The notes beneath the pieces are model-generated. The model was not told where the DNA came from. It made no database searches and saw nothing but the letters and a program-made list of their open reading frames with translations. A program made the translations under genes and the position numbers. DNA of 62,652 nt, counting the filler, from Hydrolagus affinis (Eukaryota): assembly GCA_012026655.1 (NCBI GenBank). It is 3 parts of 3 records of this genome, joined end to end, with 100 filler letters (N's around TTAATTAATTAA, not from the genome) between each part and the next. Parts side by side here need not be neighbours in the genome. Positions count along the whole stretch, not along the records: positions 22,162 to 38,295 come from JAAILG010017187.1; positions 38,396 to 62,652 come from JAAILG010010606.1; 1 more part is not named here. One strand, written 5' to 3'. Below, piece by piece: positions 37,589 to 50,451 of this stretch; the stretch's first letter is position 1; each line of letters starts with the position of its first letter.

Positions 37589-38295
37589 TGCTGAAGTTAC
37601 TGTAGCTCAATGGTTAAAGCACTCGCTTCACAAACGATAGGACTGCTGGTTCGCATCCCAGCAGGCCAAAAACTCGGCCATTGTTTTCTAACACCACATG
37701 CTTCTGACTACAAAGGAGTAAATGGGAATCAGGTTGTTACTCCAATGGTGGATCGCCTTTCAGCGTGTGATAATTCCTAATTAAAATGATCACTTCAATC
37801 CGCAACATTTGATGGGACACTGCTGTGTGAAGTTATTTGCCGCCTTTATCCCATTATACATACAGTAAACTCACTGCAGAGTATAAACAGGGAAGCGCTC
37901 TTGGACGTCTCGAGTACGTTATAAGTCGCTACACCAAATGGATAGATTCTTAGTATTATTGCCGATGTGTAAATAGGGACCGAGTTAATAGTCGATTTGC
38001 ATATCGCCTTTTCCAGAATGATAGTCCATTGAAAAAGCATTGCCACTTGATAACAAGAACAACAAAAACAACTTCTAATTCACTTGCGTGCTCCACGCCG
38101 GACGGCGCCTAAGAGCGCTCAGATACGCTTTAAATTCTACGCAGCAGTGACACACAAATAGGTGTGAATTGAGTTACTTATTTAATAACAGAATATTTCC
38201 ACTGGAAAGTAACCACTAATCGACTAATAACCAAATTCCTACTTGCTGGTAGCTCAACGGTTCTCAACCATGGGTACATATATCCCACGGGTTGG

Positions 38296-38395
38296 NNNNN
38301 NNNNNNNNNNNNNNNNNNNNNNNNNNNNNNNNNNNNNNNTTAATTAATTAANNNNNNNNNNNNNNNNNNNNNNNNNNNNNNNNNNNNNNNNNNNN
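38296..38395. other. Assembly gap or artificial contig linker
   Basis: Same 44 N + TTAATTAATTAA + 44 N spacer as at 22062-22161. Confidence 0.95.
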
Positions 38396-38923
38396 CGTGT
38401 GACCCGAGCTGGGAGGGGAGTGTTTGGGCGGGGGTGAAACACGAAGGGGAGGTCGAAAAATTCGGGGTGGAACAAAAGGCACGGTCAAAGAGGAAAGTCT
38501 TCAAACCGGCCTTGAAAGAGGAAAGGGAAGAAACGAGACGGAGGGATTGGGGGATAGAATTCCATAAGGTGGGAGCGGAGAAATTGAAGGCCCAGCCTCC
38601 GATGGTGGGACGGTTCGGGAGGGGGGCTTGGAGCAGGCCGAGTCCTGCTGAACGGAGGGTCTGGATGGGCTTGTAGGGGGAGAGTAGATTGACACCTCTA
38701 GCACTGCACAGGGATGTCAGCCTATCTTATGAGCTTCAAGTCATGAAGTGGGACTTGAACGCAAAACCTCCTGACTCAGAGGCAAGAGAGTGCTACCAAC
38801 TGAGTTAGGCTGAGCAAAGGTTAGGAGCATAATATATGAAGACTCCGCCATCAGTGCAAGCACACCAACAAGGGTGCAAGGAAACCTTACTGGTCTCTGT
38901 TTGTCACCCCTGTTTGAACCTAC

Positions 38924-41900
38924 CTGGAAGGTTAAGGAGAATTTCTCTTTGAATAGTCTCTTGCAAAGCTTTATGTTTGACTAAAAAGGAAAATGTTTTA
39001 TTGTAATCCAAAGCGGTCGGTTTTATCGTTAAGGAGGATGTCAGCTGGAAATATCCATTTTTATCCTTCTCAGGCCCTATATTTCCTACTCCTTCGGAGA
39101 TAATCGTTTCACCCTGCAACCAAGTGGTTACGATTTCTTTTGGAGAAAAATTAGTCACACAACATCTCATGATCAGAGGTTGTTCGTAGGTCGGGTCGAC
39201 TGGCTCTAACTCAATTTTTGAAATTTTCGGAATTCCTGTTTCAAGAAAAGCACAAGAAAATAAATTGTTTTACCTTAGACATAATCATTTCAGCTAGTTA
39301 TGAATGAAGAAATGTCACAGTAACCTTTTGCAAAACAGTACAACAAAATCAAATTATGTTTCATGTGTGGAGGACGTCCCAGGGAGTGGCTCGACAGTCA
39401 GGTATATGAACCCAAGGGAAATTAGGATCAGGAGAGCTGAACTGTGGGATGGAGTTCCAAAGGCTGAAGGCTCGATGGTGGACCGGGCCAGGCGGAGGAT
39501 GTTGAACCAAGGGAGTGGACAAGTCAATATGGGGTCACATAGGTGAAGGAGCAAGGCCATGGAGGGCTTTGAGGTTGAGGATAAGGATTTGGCACTCTGT
39601 CCTCTGGTGGATGGGTACCAATGGCCTCAGACGGGGTTAGTAACCGAATTGAAAATACCAAATCGAAAAGGAAAAAGAACATAAAATGAACTGGCTCAAC
39701 AATTTAAGTTGACCCTGCTGTAAAAAGCAATTTTCAAAGGACAATTGTTTCTCACATCATGTCCAAACTGTTTTCTTTGCAAATCCTATTCATCTACATT
39801 CTCAAACAACTACAATCCCATTTGGTGCTTATCCATAACTAGCATGGAGTGGGAGCTATAAACATAAGAGGTGGAAGCACAATATGGTCGGACGAACAGT
39901 ACATTATAGAAGCAATGTAACATATAGTTAATGGGTACCTCCGAGGTGCAGGGTGAGTATGGCTTTTGTAGGAGTGTGCGATGTTGGAAAATGTAGAACT
40001 TCAACCTTAATTTCAGCTCCTTGGTCTTCTGGGGTTAGAAACAATTTCCAAATGGACTCTCGGTAGTAAAGACCAGTCTGTAAATTACCCTGAGGCTCAA
40101 TGGATTTGATGTTGGCCTCATCCACTCGCTCATTATTTTTGAACCACAAGAAGACAACATTCTTTGGAAAGTACCTATGCACTCGGATTTTGATGGTTGC
40201 TTCTTTGCCTGGCTCTGGGAAGTGTGGCTCGGATTTTAGGTATTCTATTATTGGAGATGCCACTGTTTCAACACAGAAAGTAAAACAAAGTTAGCACGCA
40301 TATCGTCAAGTTGTCAAAAAAGTTGCTGAGAAATTAAAAATAGCAATAAACAATCATTGTACACACATTAAACCTAAAAAATAATTTGTTTAGGAGTTAC
40401 TGGACAGTGACTATCTTATTCGGTGGAATATAGGACGATAGAACACAGAAAGTTACAGAAGTGATGAAGGCTATTCAGCCCATTATGTCCATGCTGGCTC
40501 TTTTGAAGAGCAACCCTTCCAGTCCTAGGCTGACACGCTTCACATTTAAGCTGTAAATAGGTGACTATCATTGTACTCACCCATTGGAACGAGGTGACAC
40601 TCAGCTCTTGCACAATCTCCAGGAACATCAGAAAGCATTTCACAATATACGCGTTTTCCGAAATCTTCTCTAACTACAACAAATTCCAGCCGACTCTTAA
40701 AATAAAACAGGTCATCTTTCCCGCAGGTGGCTTCTGAGCCAGGGGTCATTTCAGCCAAGATTTCGTCATTCTTTCTCCAAACAATTGTAATGTTTCTTGG
40801 AAAAAAGGAATGCACTTTGCAGGTGGCGATCACGATTTCATCCGCAACAGGAGTATTTGGAAGCAGTATAATGTCGTCAAATTTCGGCAGAGCTGACAAC
40901 CAAATGAAATAAGAATAATATTAATAATACTTGCATTTGATAAAGTGCCTCATCTCATTGAGACATGTCAAAATGCTTCATATGAAATACTGTAGCTGCT
41001 TTGACTATTTTGTGGGTGAAACAGTAGCCAGTTTGCGCATAGCAATGTCTCACAAACAGCCATTGAGTGAATGATCAATTTTTATTTTGGGAGATTGTTG
41101 GCTTGAACACAAGGAGAAACTTCCTTCTCTATTTGAGTAGTGCCACAGGATCTTTAAATATCTACCCGAACAGGCAGGTAGGTCCACAGTTTAATATTTG
41201 ATCTAAAGGACTGCACCACTGACAAAACTTTAGCCCACAGTAATGTACTGTACTTGGGTGCCATTTTACAGTAAATCTGAGAAGCATTTTGACATGACCT
41301 CCTGATGTTAAAGGCACAATATTAAATATAAGAAATATGTATTATCAAATGCAACAATATTATCATTAATTTTAAACACAATGGTCAGAAATGCACAACA
41401 TACCTTTAACAGTTATGCTCACTTCTTTGGTTTTTGTTACATTTGTTGCTGGATGTGTTACTTTGCAAATGTACTCTGAATTGTTGTCTTCAATTATGGT
41501 TGGAATAAACATTACTATACTAGTGATACTGTAGGTGCCATCTTCATATCTCAACTCATTCAAATTGTGGACATATTTGGGCCTCTCTGTTTCATTTCCA
41601 AACATTTCCTCTCTCGGTTTCTCTGGTTCAACCTTCACAATTTCCACTTCCTTGTCGTTATGTCTTTTGTACCAGGAGACAGCCAGCGGCCTTGGCTTGA
41701 ATCCATTAATTGGACAGGTCAGAGCCAGAACTTCTTGGTGGATGACATGAGGCGGTATCACAATGTCATTCAACATCGGTGGGACTTTGAGTAAGAAAGA
41801 AAAATTAAAGTCGGACATACGGTGGCAAAAAAATAACTTCCACTTTGAAACACATTTGAAACTCAATTTGTTTTAAAACACTGGTTTAAAAACTTCTCTT

Positions 41901-44900
41901 CAATCTGCAGGTACACAAAATCAGAGGTTGTTGGACTTGGCTGACCTCTTACTCCATAACCTATGCACTGAGGCCAATCTTACTGGCTAAAGCGAAGTGG
42001 AATTTTCAGTTTCTGAGATGTTCCCAATGTGGATGACTCCCGATATTTTGTTATGTAAGGTCGCCTATCAGAGGTTCGATTGACAATGCTGAAATAATGA
42101 TATCACTGAACATCTTTTTTTGTAAATAAGTCTTATTAAAGCCATCAATTGTAACTACTCAAACAGAACACAAAAAAAAGACACTGGTCTCAGCAATAAC
42201 TGGTAACGGTTTGAATGCTTACATACCTCCTTCCACATTCAGGATGACACTTTCAGTAATGAAGCTTTTCGTGATATTATGACGTACTTGAAGCACGAGA
42301 ATAGCTTTGTCATCCTTAAAAATATCAAGCAGCAATTTAACATGACACTTGACACTGGAAGTCCCGTCACCGTGGCGTTCAATAGATGATGTTTGAATAA
42401 TGAAAGTCCCATCTGAGGTCTCATTGCCAGACAGAAGGTGACTGCTGACACCCTCTGTGGGCTCTATGCCTTTGTCAGACCATTTGTATATTGTGCTTCC
42501 ATTGGATTCCGCTCTTCTTTGCAGCAGCCATTCAATAGAAATACCATCTGGTTTGTATCCTGAAATCTCACAGTCCAAGAAAGCTTCTTGCTGATGTACA
42601 AAGCGAGGTGGCTTAATGATGTTTGTAACTTTTGGAGCAACTAAAATAACATTGAAAAGCACACTTGAATTTATTTGTTCTGAGGATGCCACATCAAAAA
42701 CACCTTACACTTCACACTAAACTTCTGCAAAGCTCTTTGAGATGTTTCAATGGTATGATAAAATGTTACATCAAATGTATTATTAATTACAAAATAAAAA
42801 TACATAATACAGTATGTAGATTAATAGACAATATGCAAATATATTTTATTGAAAAATATATAATTACAGTACACATACTACTGTACTTTAAGACAAAGAA
42901 TTTTTACCTTTTTTGAAGATTCTAAGGTAAGCATAAAATGCTCCACACAGGATCAGGGCACACAGCAAAACAGTAATGAACACACTCGTCACTATTCGTC
43001 CTACTGGTGTAACAATATCTTTCTCTGAGGAGAAGACACAAGAACCAACATGTTTAGCTCTGCAGTGAGTTACGAAAAGCAAAATATAACTTGCCTGGAA
43101 AATGGAAAACAATTCCAACTGAAGACCTGAAATTCCACCTGTCAGACCATCTTGTCTTAAAATTTACAGTCACGCAGAACTGTTAAATTCAGTCTTCCTT
43201 TTGAAGCAGGTTTTTTGATGGTTCTTAAAAGAAACCAGCTTCAGATTGAGACTGAAAAGAAGAAATCTGCACAATCCTGCGCAATCTCAAATCGTAAAAT
43301 AAAATGGTGTTACAGGCTAACACAAGGCAGAGTTGTATGCCTCCTGAAAAGTATGAAATTTTCTGTAATCACTTCACTCAGGGGTTAGTTCCTGTGCAGG
43401 AATGATTGGTAGTCAGCGTTGAACATGGGGGCACTTCCGTTTTGAGCCTAATCCTATACTCACGCGGCATCCAACAGAAGCACAATTTCCAGCTGGGAGG
43501 AGGAAGGCTATCAGACATAGATGAAAGACTTATCCCCTTCCCAGACTAAGACTAACTACATTGATCCAAAAAGACCTATCACTAGACTCACATACAGTAT
43601 TTTCAACTCCACCTTCGCTTTCTATCACAAACCAGTTTTTGGAGATTGATGAACGTTTCTGAAATAAAGACTGTACCTTTGACAGTCAGGTGAACTTCCT
43701 TGCTCATGGCACTAGCGAGTGTCCTATGGTTGACGAGGCATGTGTAGGTTTTACCATTGTCTGTAAGGTCTGGTCGGAGGGTCAGACGGCTGGATAGATT
43801 GAAAGTTCCATCTTCGTTTACCACTGAGGATTTTGTGCATTTGGACTTTAAAACCTGTTGTTTTCCATCCTCGTTGTGAACCCACTTCACATCAATTTTC
43901 GAAGGATAGTACCGGTGAATGTTGCACATGACTGACTTCTCTGTGCCATTTTCGATTATGATATTGGATTGATCTACAGTCACCTGTGGTGCAGCTGTGA
44001 AGATGAACAGAAATCTGTATCAAACATCTAAATATATTTAAAACCTTCCGATCTAAAAATTTTAATTTTGCTCATTTTCTCTGCAACTTTCTCTCTGTAC
44101 CTACTAGGTCTTTTGAATTGTGTAACCATGGCATCAATCAATGATGGAGCCTGGACTTCCACAACCCATTCACCCCATAGGTTATAAGACTGGAACATAG
44201 AGAGGACAGGACCATATCATCCAGTGATTTCTTTACAAGAGGCCAAATCAGAACACTTCTGGGATTACAAGAATTGCACTGCCTACAATAGATCTACTGG
44301 GATAAGAACTTATAACCAATTTGTACCATGATCCAACCACATAAATTCCAAGTAAAATGCATTCTCTCAAAAAGCTTATTCTTTGCCCTCACCCTCCTCA
44401 AATTCCTTTACATTACACCTTCACGCTACCCTCAGATCCCGCCTCAAAATCAGTCTTTTGACTGCTTTCTGTCAATATCCTCCCCTCTCCCCCCATTCCA
44501 CGTACCTCCTTCCCCCCACCCTCCATGTTGTCTGTAAAACGCTTAATTACATTATTTTAAATGATAAGAGCTGTGCAAGTATAAGGTCTCGTTTCCACTG
44601 TTGGTGTTTTTGAACACAGAATAGCAATAACATAACAAGATTGCAGGAATTAGAATGATACAGCATGTAAAAAGCATCATATCTTTTTTAAAAAAAAAAC
44701 TAGTCAGAATTTGTTCTCCCTTTTGAAAAATCCCATTGATCAAGCCCCAATAGCCACTTACCTGAAACAAACATTTCCACATTTCCCCTTCCACTGTCAG
44801 ATGTGATAAACACAATACATTCATACTGTCCTTCATCCTGGAATCCCACACTCAACAGCAACAGGGAAGCGATGCCCTTCTTCAATTTATCATCAGATAT

Positions 44901-46097
44901 CTTTGCTCCCTTTCGATGAGGTGTGTGTGTGCTGCTTCCAAATTTGTATACCAGTTTCCTAGCGACATCAGGAGGTTTCGAGAAGTACCATTCAACGCTA
45001 ACACTTGCAAGGTCAATGGTTCTCGATTCAAAGCCAGGTACCTGACATTTCAGTAAAACATCCTTATTTACCATGGTGTTCATAGCTCCTGAATCCATCA
45101 GCACAGTGAGGACATCTTCCACTGTGGTAATTTAACAGAACAGCGAAAGTTAGTGCGTAAATCATATCCATCACAAAAATAATGCTGTATACACCATAAA
45201 GAACGAAAAATCCACCCTTTAGATATTAAAATTTGTAATACCCACTTCTTAACCTGTTCTATACAGAGCAACCAAAATAAAATTAGTCAGACTTTCAAGG
45301 AATTTACCCATCACAAAACCTGCCAACAGGAGATGGGTGAAGGGGAAGAAATTTCCCCTCAGTCTGAATTTACAGTGCTTGAAATTCCACTTCATTTTTT
45401 GTGGGATTAAACAGCAACAGTTTACATTACAGAGTGGGAGCAAGTATCAAGCTGTTTCATACAAATAACTGGGTGGCCTGAGCTTCACAGAACATACTTT
45501 AAAATGAATTGACGGTATATTTTTGCGGGCAATTAAAAAAAAAGCCCGTTCTGTTCCTCTTATATTTAATATTTTCTACAGTTTGCGCTTATCAACACGT
45601 CCCATGAATAGGGAATACCATCCCGGTCCTTTTGTGAAGCGCTTTGAGACGTCTCAACGATGTGAAAGGCGCTATATTGACTCCCCATCCCTCAGCGAAT
45701 CGAGTACAAAACCTTCGTTGCCACCTCCAAAGCTCTCTATGGTCTTGCTCCCCCCACCCTACCTCTCCAAACACCCAATTCCTACCAACCTGTCCACTCC
45801 CTCAGTTAGGAGCAAGTAATCACAACAATAATACAAATACTGTAACATAAAAATAGCCTCAGTTTTCTTTCTTGTGAATTTCTTTTTGGGGCTTCAAATA
45901 AGGAAGCGGCACCATTTTGAGAACAGTCGCTGAGCAGAAACATCCTACTCGAGGCCCATAGAAATGATTTTCAAACTCGTTAACACTACACAGCGAGACT
46001 TAACTCCCCCCAACAAGCGCCTGTCCATTCGCTCTGTACCTGACAGCGGCAGACAGGTGAGCAGCAGCAGCGACACAGGCAGCAGATTCAGGTTCAT
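38924..46097 (-). CDS. NCR3LG1-like: B7-H6 (NCR3LG1)-like gene B: leader-V-C1-TM plus at least 5 post-TM C1-type Ig domains, 3' truncated by the gap
   Basis: Exons (all phase 1, GT-AG): L 46097-46040 (MNLNLLPVSLLLLTCLPLS), V 45121-44762, C1 43994-43677, TM 43024-42908 (IVTSVFITVLLCALILCGAFYAYLRIFKK), then Ig exons 42640-42227, 41784-41404, 40892-40581, 40262-39939 and 39235-38924. No stop codons. V (LKKGIASLLL...EGQYECIVFIT) and C1 (YYPSKIDVKW...NEDGTFNLSS...YTCLVNHRTL) resemble B7-H6 as I recall its sequence. Confidence 0.8.
42908..43024 (-). CDS. Gene B transmembrane exon
   Basis: Hydrophobic helix followed by RIFKK; ends at a phase-1 GTAAAA donor without a stop. Confidence 0.85.
43677..43994 (-). 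CDS. Gene B extracellular IgC1 exon
   Basis: VMCNIHRYYPSKIDVKW...DGTFNLSSRL...YTCLVNHRTL; 318 nt. Confidence 0.9.
44762..45121 (-). CDS. Gene B IgV exon
   Basis: VLLKCQV...VSVEWY...GIASLLLLSVGFQDEGQYECIVFITSD; 360 nt. Confidence 0.9.
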
Positions 46098-47207
46098 TAT
46101 CCCCAGCGACAGTCGGTGGGTGGGGAGGGGGTCAGGGCTGGACAGTTGACATATATCTGCTTCTCCCCAGGTCTCTCCCCGATTCTCTCTCTCTGTCTCT
46201 CTAGCTCACGCTTTCACTTTCACATTGACTGCACTGTGCACGCAATTGCATTAGAGTACACCCCGGAGAGGGCTCGGTGTGGCTCAGAGGAACGAGCTTA
46301 GCTGAATACAGAATTAATACAGATTTTGTTGGATGAAAGGCAATCGGAAAGCTCGGAGCTATGGATCGACTTCACGGGCAGTTAATTATTTGCAGAAGCT
46401 AGGCTGTCTCTGTGTGAAATAAAGACTGAATTTGAGTTCAGGTTGGACTTTTTACGTATAATGATGGTTTGAGATTGCAAGCTGTGTGAATAAATCGTTG
46501 GGTAATGAACTGTCGCCATCCCATACAGCCGTATCTTTCACCCTATCTTGTCAGGATGAGTTCACCCACAGCCAAACCCAGCCTTGCCCCAGGAGGCAGT
46601 GTTTTATGGGTTATTATTACATTGGAGGTGGTGTCTTCAGCCTCTCTACCCCCACCCCCACCACCCTCTTTGCAACTCCATCCCAGTACCTTCGCCTCGC
46701 TGCCTCCCTTGCCTCCTTCAAGTCATGTCTCAAGACTCTCCTTTGTATTCCCACCCTCCCCGGCTCCCTGTCCCAATTCCCAGCTCGGGTTCGAATCCCT
46801 GACTCCTGGGTCTTGGGATGCCCTGCGATGTGAAAGGTGCCAAACAAATCTTATTTGTTGATGGTGATGTGTGACAAGGCAACAGGACAAGAAGTTACTG
46901 TTTGAGCATTGTAAAAGGAAATTCATCGTGAGGGTGAGACTTTAAACCCAGCTCCAGTCTGCCTGTCCCCCATCTGTCAAAGATCCCATGATTCGATGTC
47001 CTGGCCAATAAACCTCTGGAGTCTCCCTCGGAGATTGGGGAAAGATCCGAGCTGTAAAAGAAGAGAATCACACCAGCTTCCATCCTACCTCAGATTGTTG
47101 TCTGCATTTCATCCCACATTGCGAGTGAGGCAGAATGCAAAGATCCTCTAGCCTCTGTCACAAACAGCTTAAACTTACCGACAAGATGAAGCCAGCATCC
47201 CATGTCA

Positions 47208-47410
47208 ATAAAAACAGAAATCGCTGGAAACACTCAGCAGGTCAGGCAGCATCTATAAAGAAAGGAAAAGTGAGTCAACGTTTCAGGTTCACGACCCTTC
47301 GTCAAACCAGTTCTGATGAAGTGTTGCGGACCCAAAACTTTGACTCACTTTTCCTTTCTCCACAGATGCTGTCTGACCTGCTGAGTGTTCCCAGCGATTT
47401 CTGTTTTTAT
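47208..47410. mobile_element. About 200-bp imperfect palindrome, probably Penelope-derived, with degenerate hammerhead-ribozyme cores
   Basis: Arms ATAAAAACAGAAATCGCTGGAAACACTCAGCAGGTCAGGCAGCATCT...AGAAAGGAAAAGTGAGTCAA versus TTGACTCACTTTTCCTTTCT...AGATGCTGTCTGACCTGCTGAGTGTTCCCAGCGATTTCTGTTTTTAT. Confidence 0.65.
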
Positions 47411-50400
47411 TTCAGATTTGCAGCGTCTGCAGTGTTTTGCGTTTTTACCCCATGTCTATAGTTCTCCCGATGTTCCATGTAATAATGCGGCCAGAAAACA
47501 GAATACCTGCAGATGCGGTGGGTAGAGGAGAAATAAAAACTTCATGCATTTGCTTTGATATAGTGCCTTTCACGTCTGGAGTACGTCCCACAGCATCTAA
47601 TAATCATCTTTGCATTTGGATATAGCGTCTTATCATGTTGTTGAGACGTTTCGCAGGATATACTGTAAAGTGGATTCACTGTATATTTTAAAGGAAAATG
47701 CACACAGCAGTGGCCCACAATCTCCCATGGAGTGAGTGACCAAATTTTATTTAGGGGACTGTCGGCAAGGACACTAGGAGACCAGACCCTCTTTCTCTTT
47801 TCAACTAGTGCCATAGGATCTTTAACGTCCACCTGCACAGGCAGAAGGGACCCAGATTTAATGTATCATCCAAAGACTGCACCTCCAATAAGCAATACCC
47901 CCACCCCACCCCCAACACTGCATTGGAGTGTTTCCAAGTCCCCAAATGGCAATTAAACCTGCAGGTGGGAGTGCTTCTGACTCAGGTAGTAGTGCCACCA
48001 CTGATAGGCTAACACGCAATACATCCTGTGAGGCTCTTAAGAACGTCATCTGGTCGTGAAAGGTGATATACCAAATGCAAGCATTATTATTATTATTATT
48101 ATACTCTTTCATTCAGAGATCAAGTTGATAGAGATCTTTTTTGCCACGACTTTGAACTCGCAAACTGAGCTGACAATCCATGCAGTGTTGGGAGAGTTCT
48201 GCATTTCCCTTTGGATGTTATGTAAAACTGAGGTCGCGTCTGCAGCTGCTCAAGTGAATGTTTCAAATCTCATGGTACCATGAGAATAGAGACTAGAGAA
48301 AGGCGTTTCCTCCAGTGCCCTGGCCAACACTCCTCGCAAATGCAAGGATGAAAAGTGGGAACCATGGCTGTTTTTTTTCCCCTTCTGAAATAGAAATAAC
48401 GGATAGAAGCACCAATATTTTTGAAGCTGTATAAAATACAGACACATACAAATCCCAAAGGTGGACTATGTTGCGTGTAAATTAATATGTGATCAATTAT
48501 TGTTAAAAACACAGCCAAATGTGAATTTTTCCTTCCTTTTTATTTAATTAAAATTTTATTTATTTAAAAATATATACACAGAGGGAATACAAATAAAACC
48601 CATTTCAACAAACACATTATAAGCAGTTTAAACAAATTTTATTTGACAAGATTCCAGATAAAAAGTGCAGCTCCTGCTCAGGTGGATGTTAACATTCTCA
48701 TGGCACAATTCATAAGAGAAGGGCGTTTCTCCCAATGTTCAAAGGTAGCAGTTACTACTCAGTTGAACCCTGGAACAAAAGGTGTGGCTGGAAAAGACTA
48801 GCTTATTCTGTTCATCTGAATTTAAAATTAGGAATTTATTAACAGCAGAACCAAAGTCACTTTTACTTTAAAGTAGCAAAACAGAAATACTTATCATTTT
48901 ACATTATTCAATAAACATGATTTCAATAGGCAGCATCACAGACTCAGGGTTAGGCTCACGTATATTAACTAGTTAGTTGAAAGAAGAGCATGGGCCATCC
49001 TGGTAGTCACATGTCATTTTCCAAACTATTGTTTCCAGAGATATTATTTCCTAACAGAAATCAATGTCATTTATCATTGAAAGAATCAACACTCTCTGCT
49101 TCCACTAACTCCCTGTAGCAATGACAATATTAAAGTTCATAAGTTCTTAAAACAGTAGGCAAACAGTCCTTGCTTCCCTTTTCTCCGAAACTGAACGCTG
49201 ATAATAGCAGATGTTGAATAAAAAAATAAAAAGTTGCGTTGCAACTGCATTCTCATTTGATTAAGCTGTACTGTACTTTGTGCTTCTCTTTGGCTGTTTT
49301 CCCGATGTTGCTAGTATTCCTGGAACCTTGAACAGTCGCAGAGCGAATGATGTTCTCGCTCTTACCAGCTCGGACCAAACAACAATTCTGACTGGATAAA
49401 ATATAGCTTTACTATAGCTCTTTCAATATTGTTCTATTTTAATGTAAGGATGGTCCCATTTAAGACTTCAAGGCACAGCATAGTGACATTTTCCCATAAC
49501 ATTTTGTCTCACCATTCACCATAGTGTCACCATGTAAACATTAGGCAGAGAAATGAAATACAAAGAATCATAAAACTATGTTAGTATATACTGGTGAATC
49601 ATCAATCTGGACGTCTGAGATTTCTGTTTTTTTAGTCTTGAGTATGGCCTACAGTCTGTGATTTAGTCTGAGTATGGCCTGCATACTGAGCCAGACCAAC
49701 ACAAAAAGCCAGGCTGATACCAAGACACACCTTTCATCTTCTAATCTTCCTTTCATCACAAAATCACAAGATTAGTTTGGATGAAAGAACGCCCTACAGC
49801 CCATCCAATATCATCCTTCCAGAACACTCATCATAATGTCTCCCCATTGCAGCATCCAGCTGCTTTTCAAATACGTCCAGTGACTTGGCCTCTACCACCT
49901 TTCCTGTTCCCATCATTCATTACCCTTAATCCTTCTGAGATGGAAGGCTCTATACAAATGTAATTTGTGGTTAATCACATCTCCATCTAAACCCTAATTC
50001 AGAACTATTCTTATAATATTATTCTTCAAATACAAGTGGAAAATGAATGTTGAACATTCATTTTTTCTCTAACTTGTCACTGATCATCATTTAAATGTTT
50101 CCACTAAAATCAACTTCCAGACTATTGTGTGCGATATGTATAGTAATCCACTTCCTACTTCTTCCAACCAGTCCGTCGCGGTGTTTATATGGCACTCCAC
50201 GCAAGTCTCACCCCAAAACATATAGAAAGAGAAAGATTCAATTTACAAAGTTGCTAAATAAACTCAATACCTTTGGGACTTATAAACCAAACCAAATCAA
50301 TTGCCAGGCAGAAAATATAAAACTTATAATACATCAATGCATTAGATTTTGCATTTGCAATAAGGATTAGGAGTCCAAGCATGATACACATATACAACAT

Positions 50401-50451
50401 TGGTATTTCACTTGCTGATTAAAAAAAAAGTTGCACATTTGCTCCAATGCT

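Noticed and set aside
37599-37670. tRNA-like sequence right after the RSS
   Set aside because: It is the head of the abundant tRNA-derived SINE (body continues to about 37960); no convincing cloverleaf.
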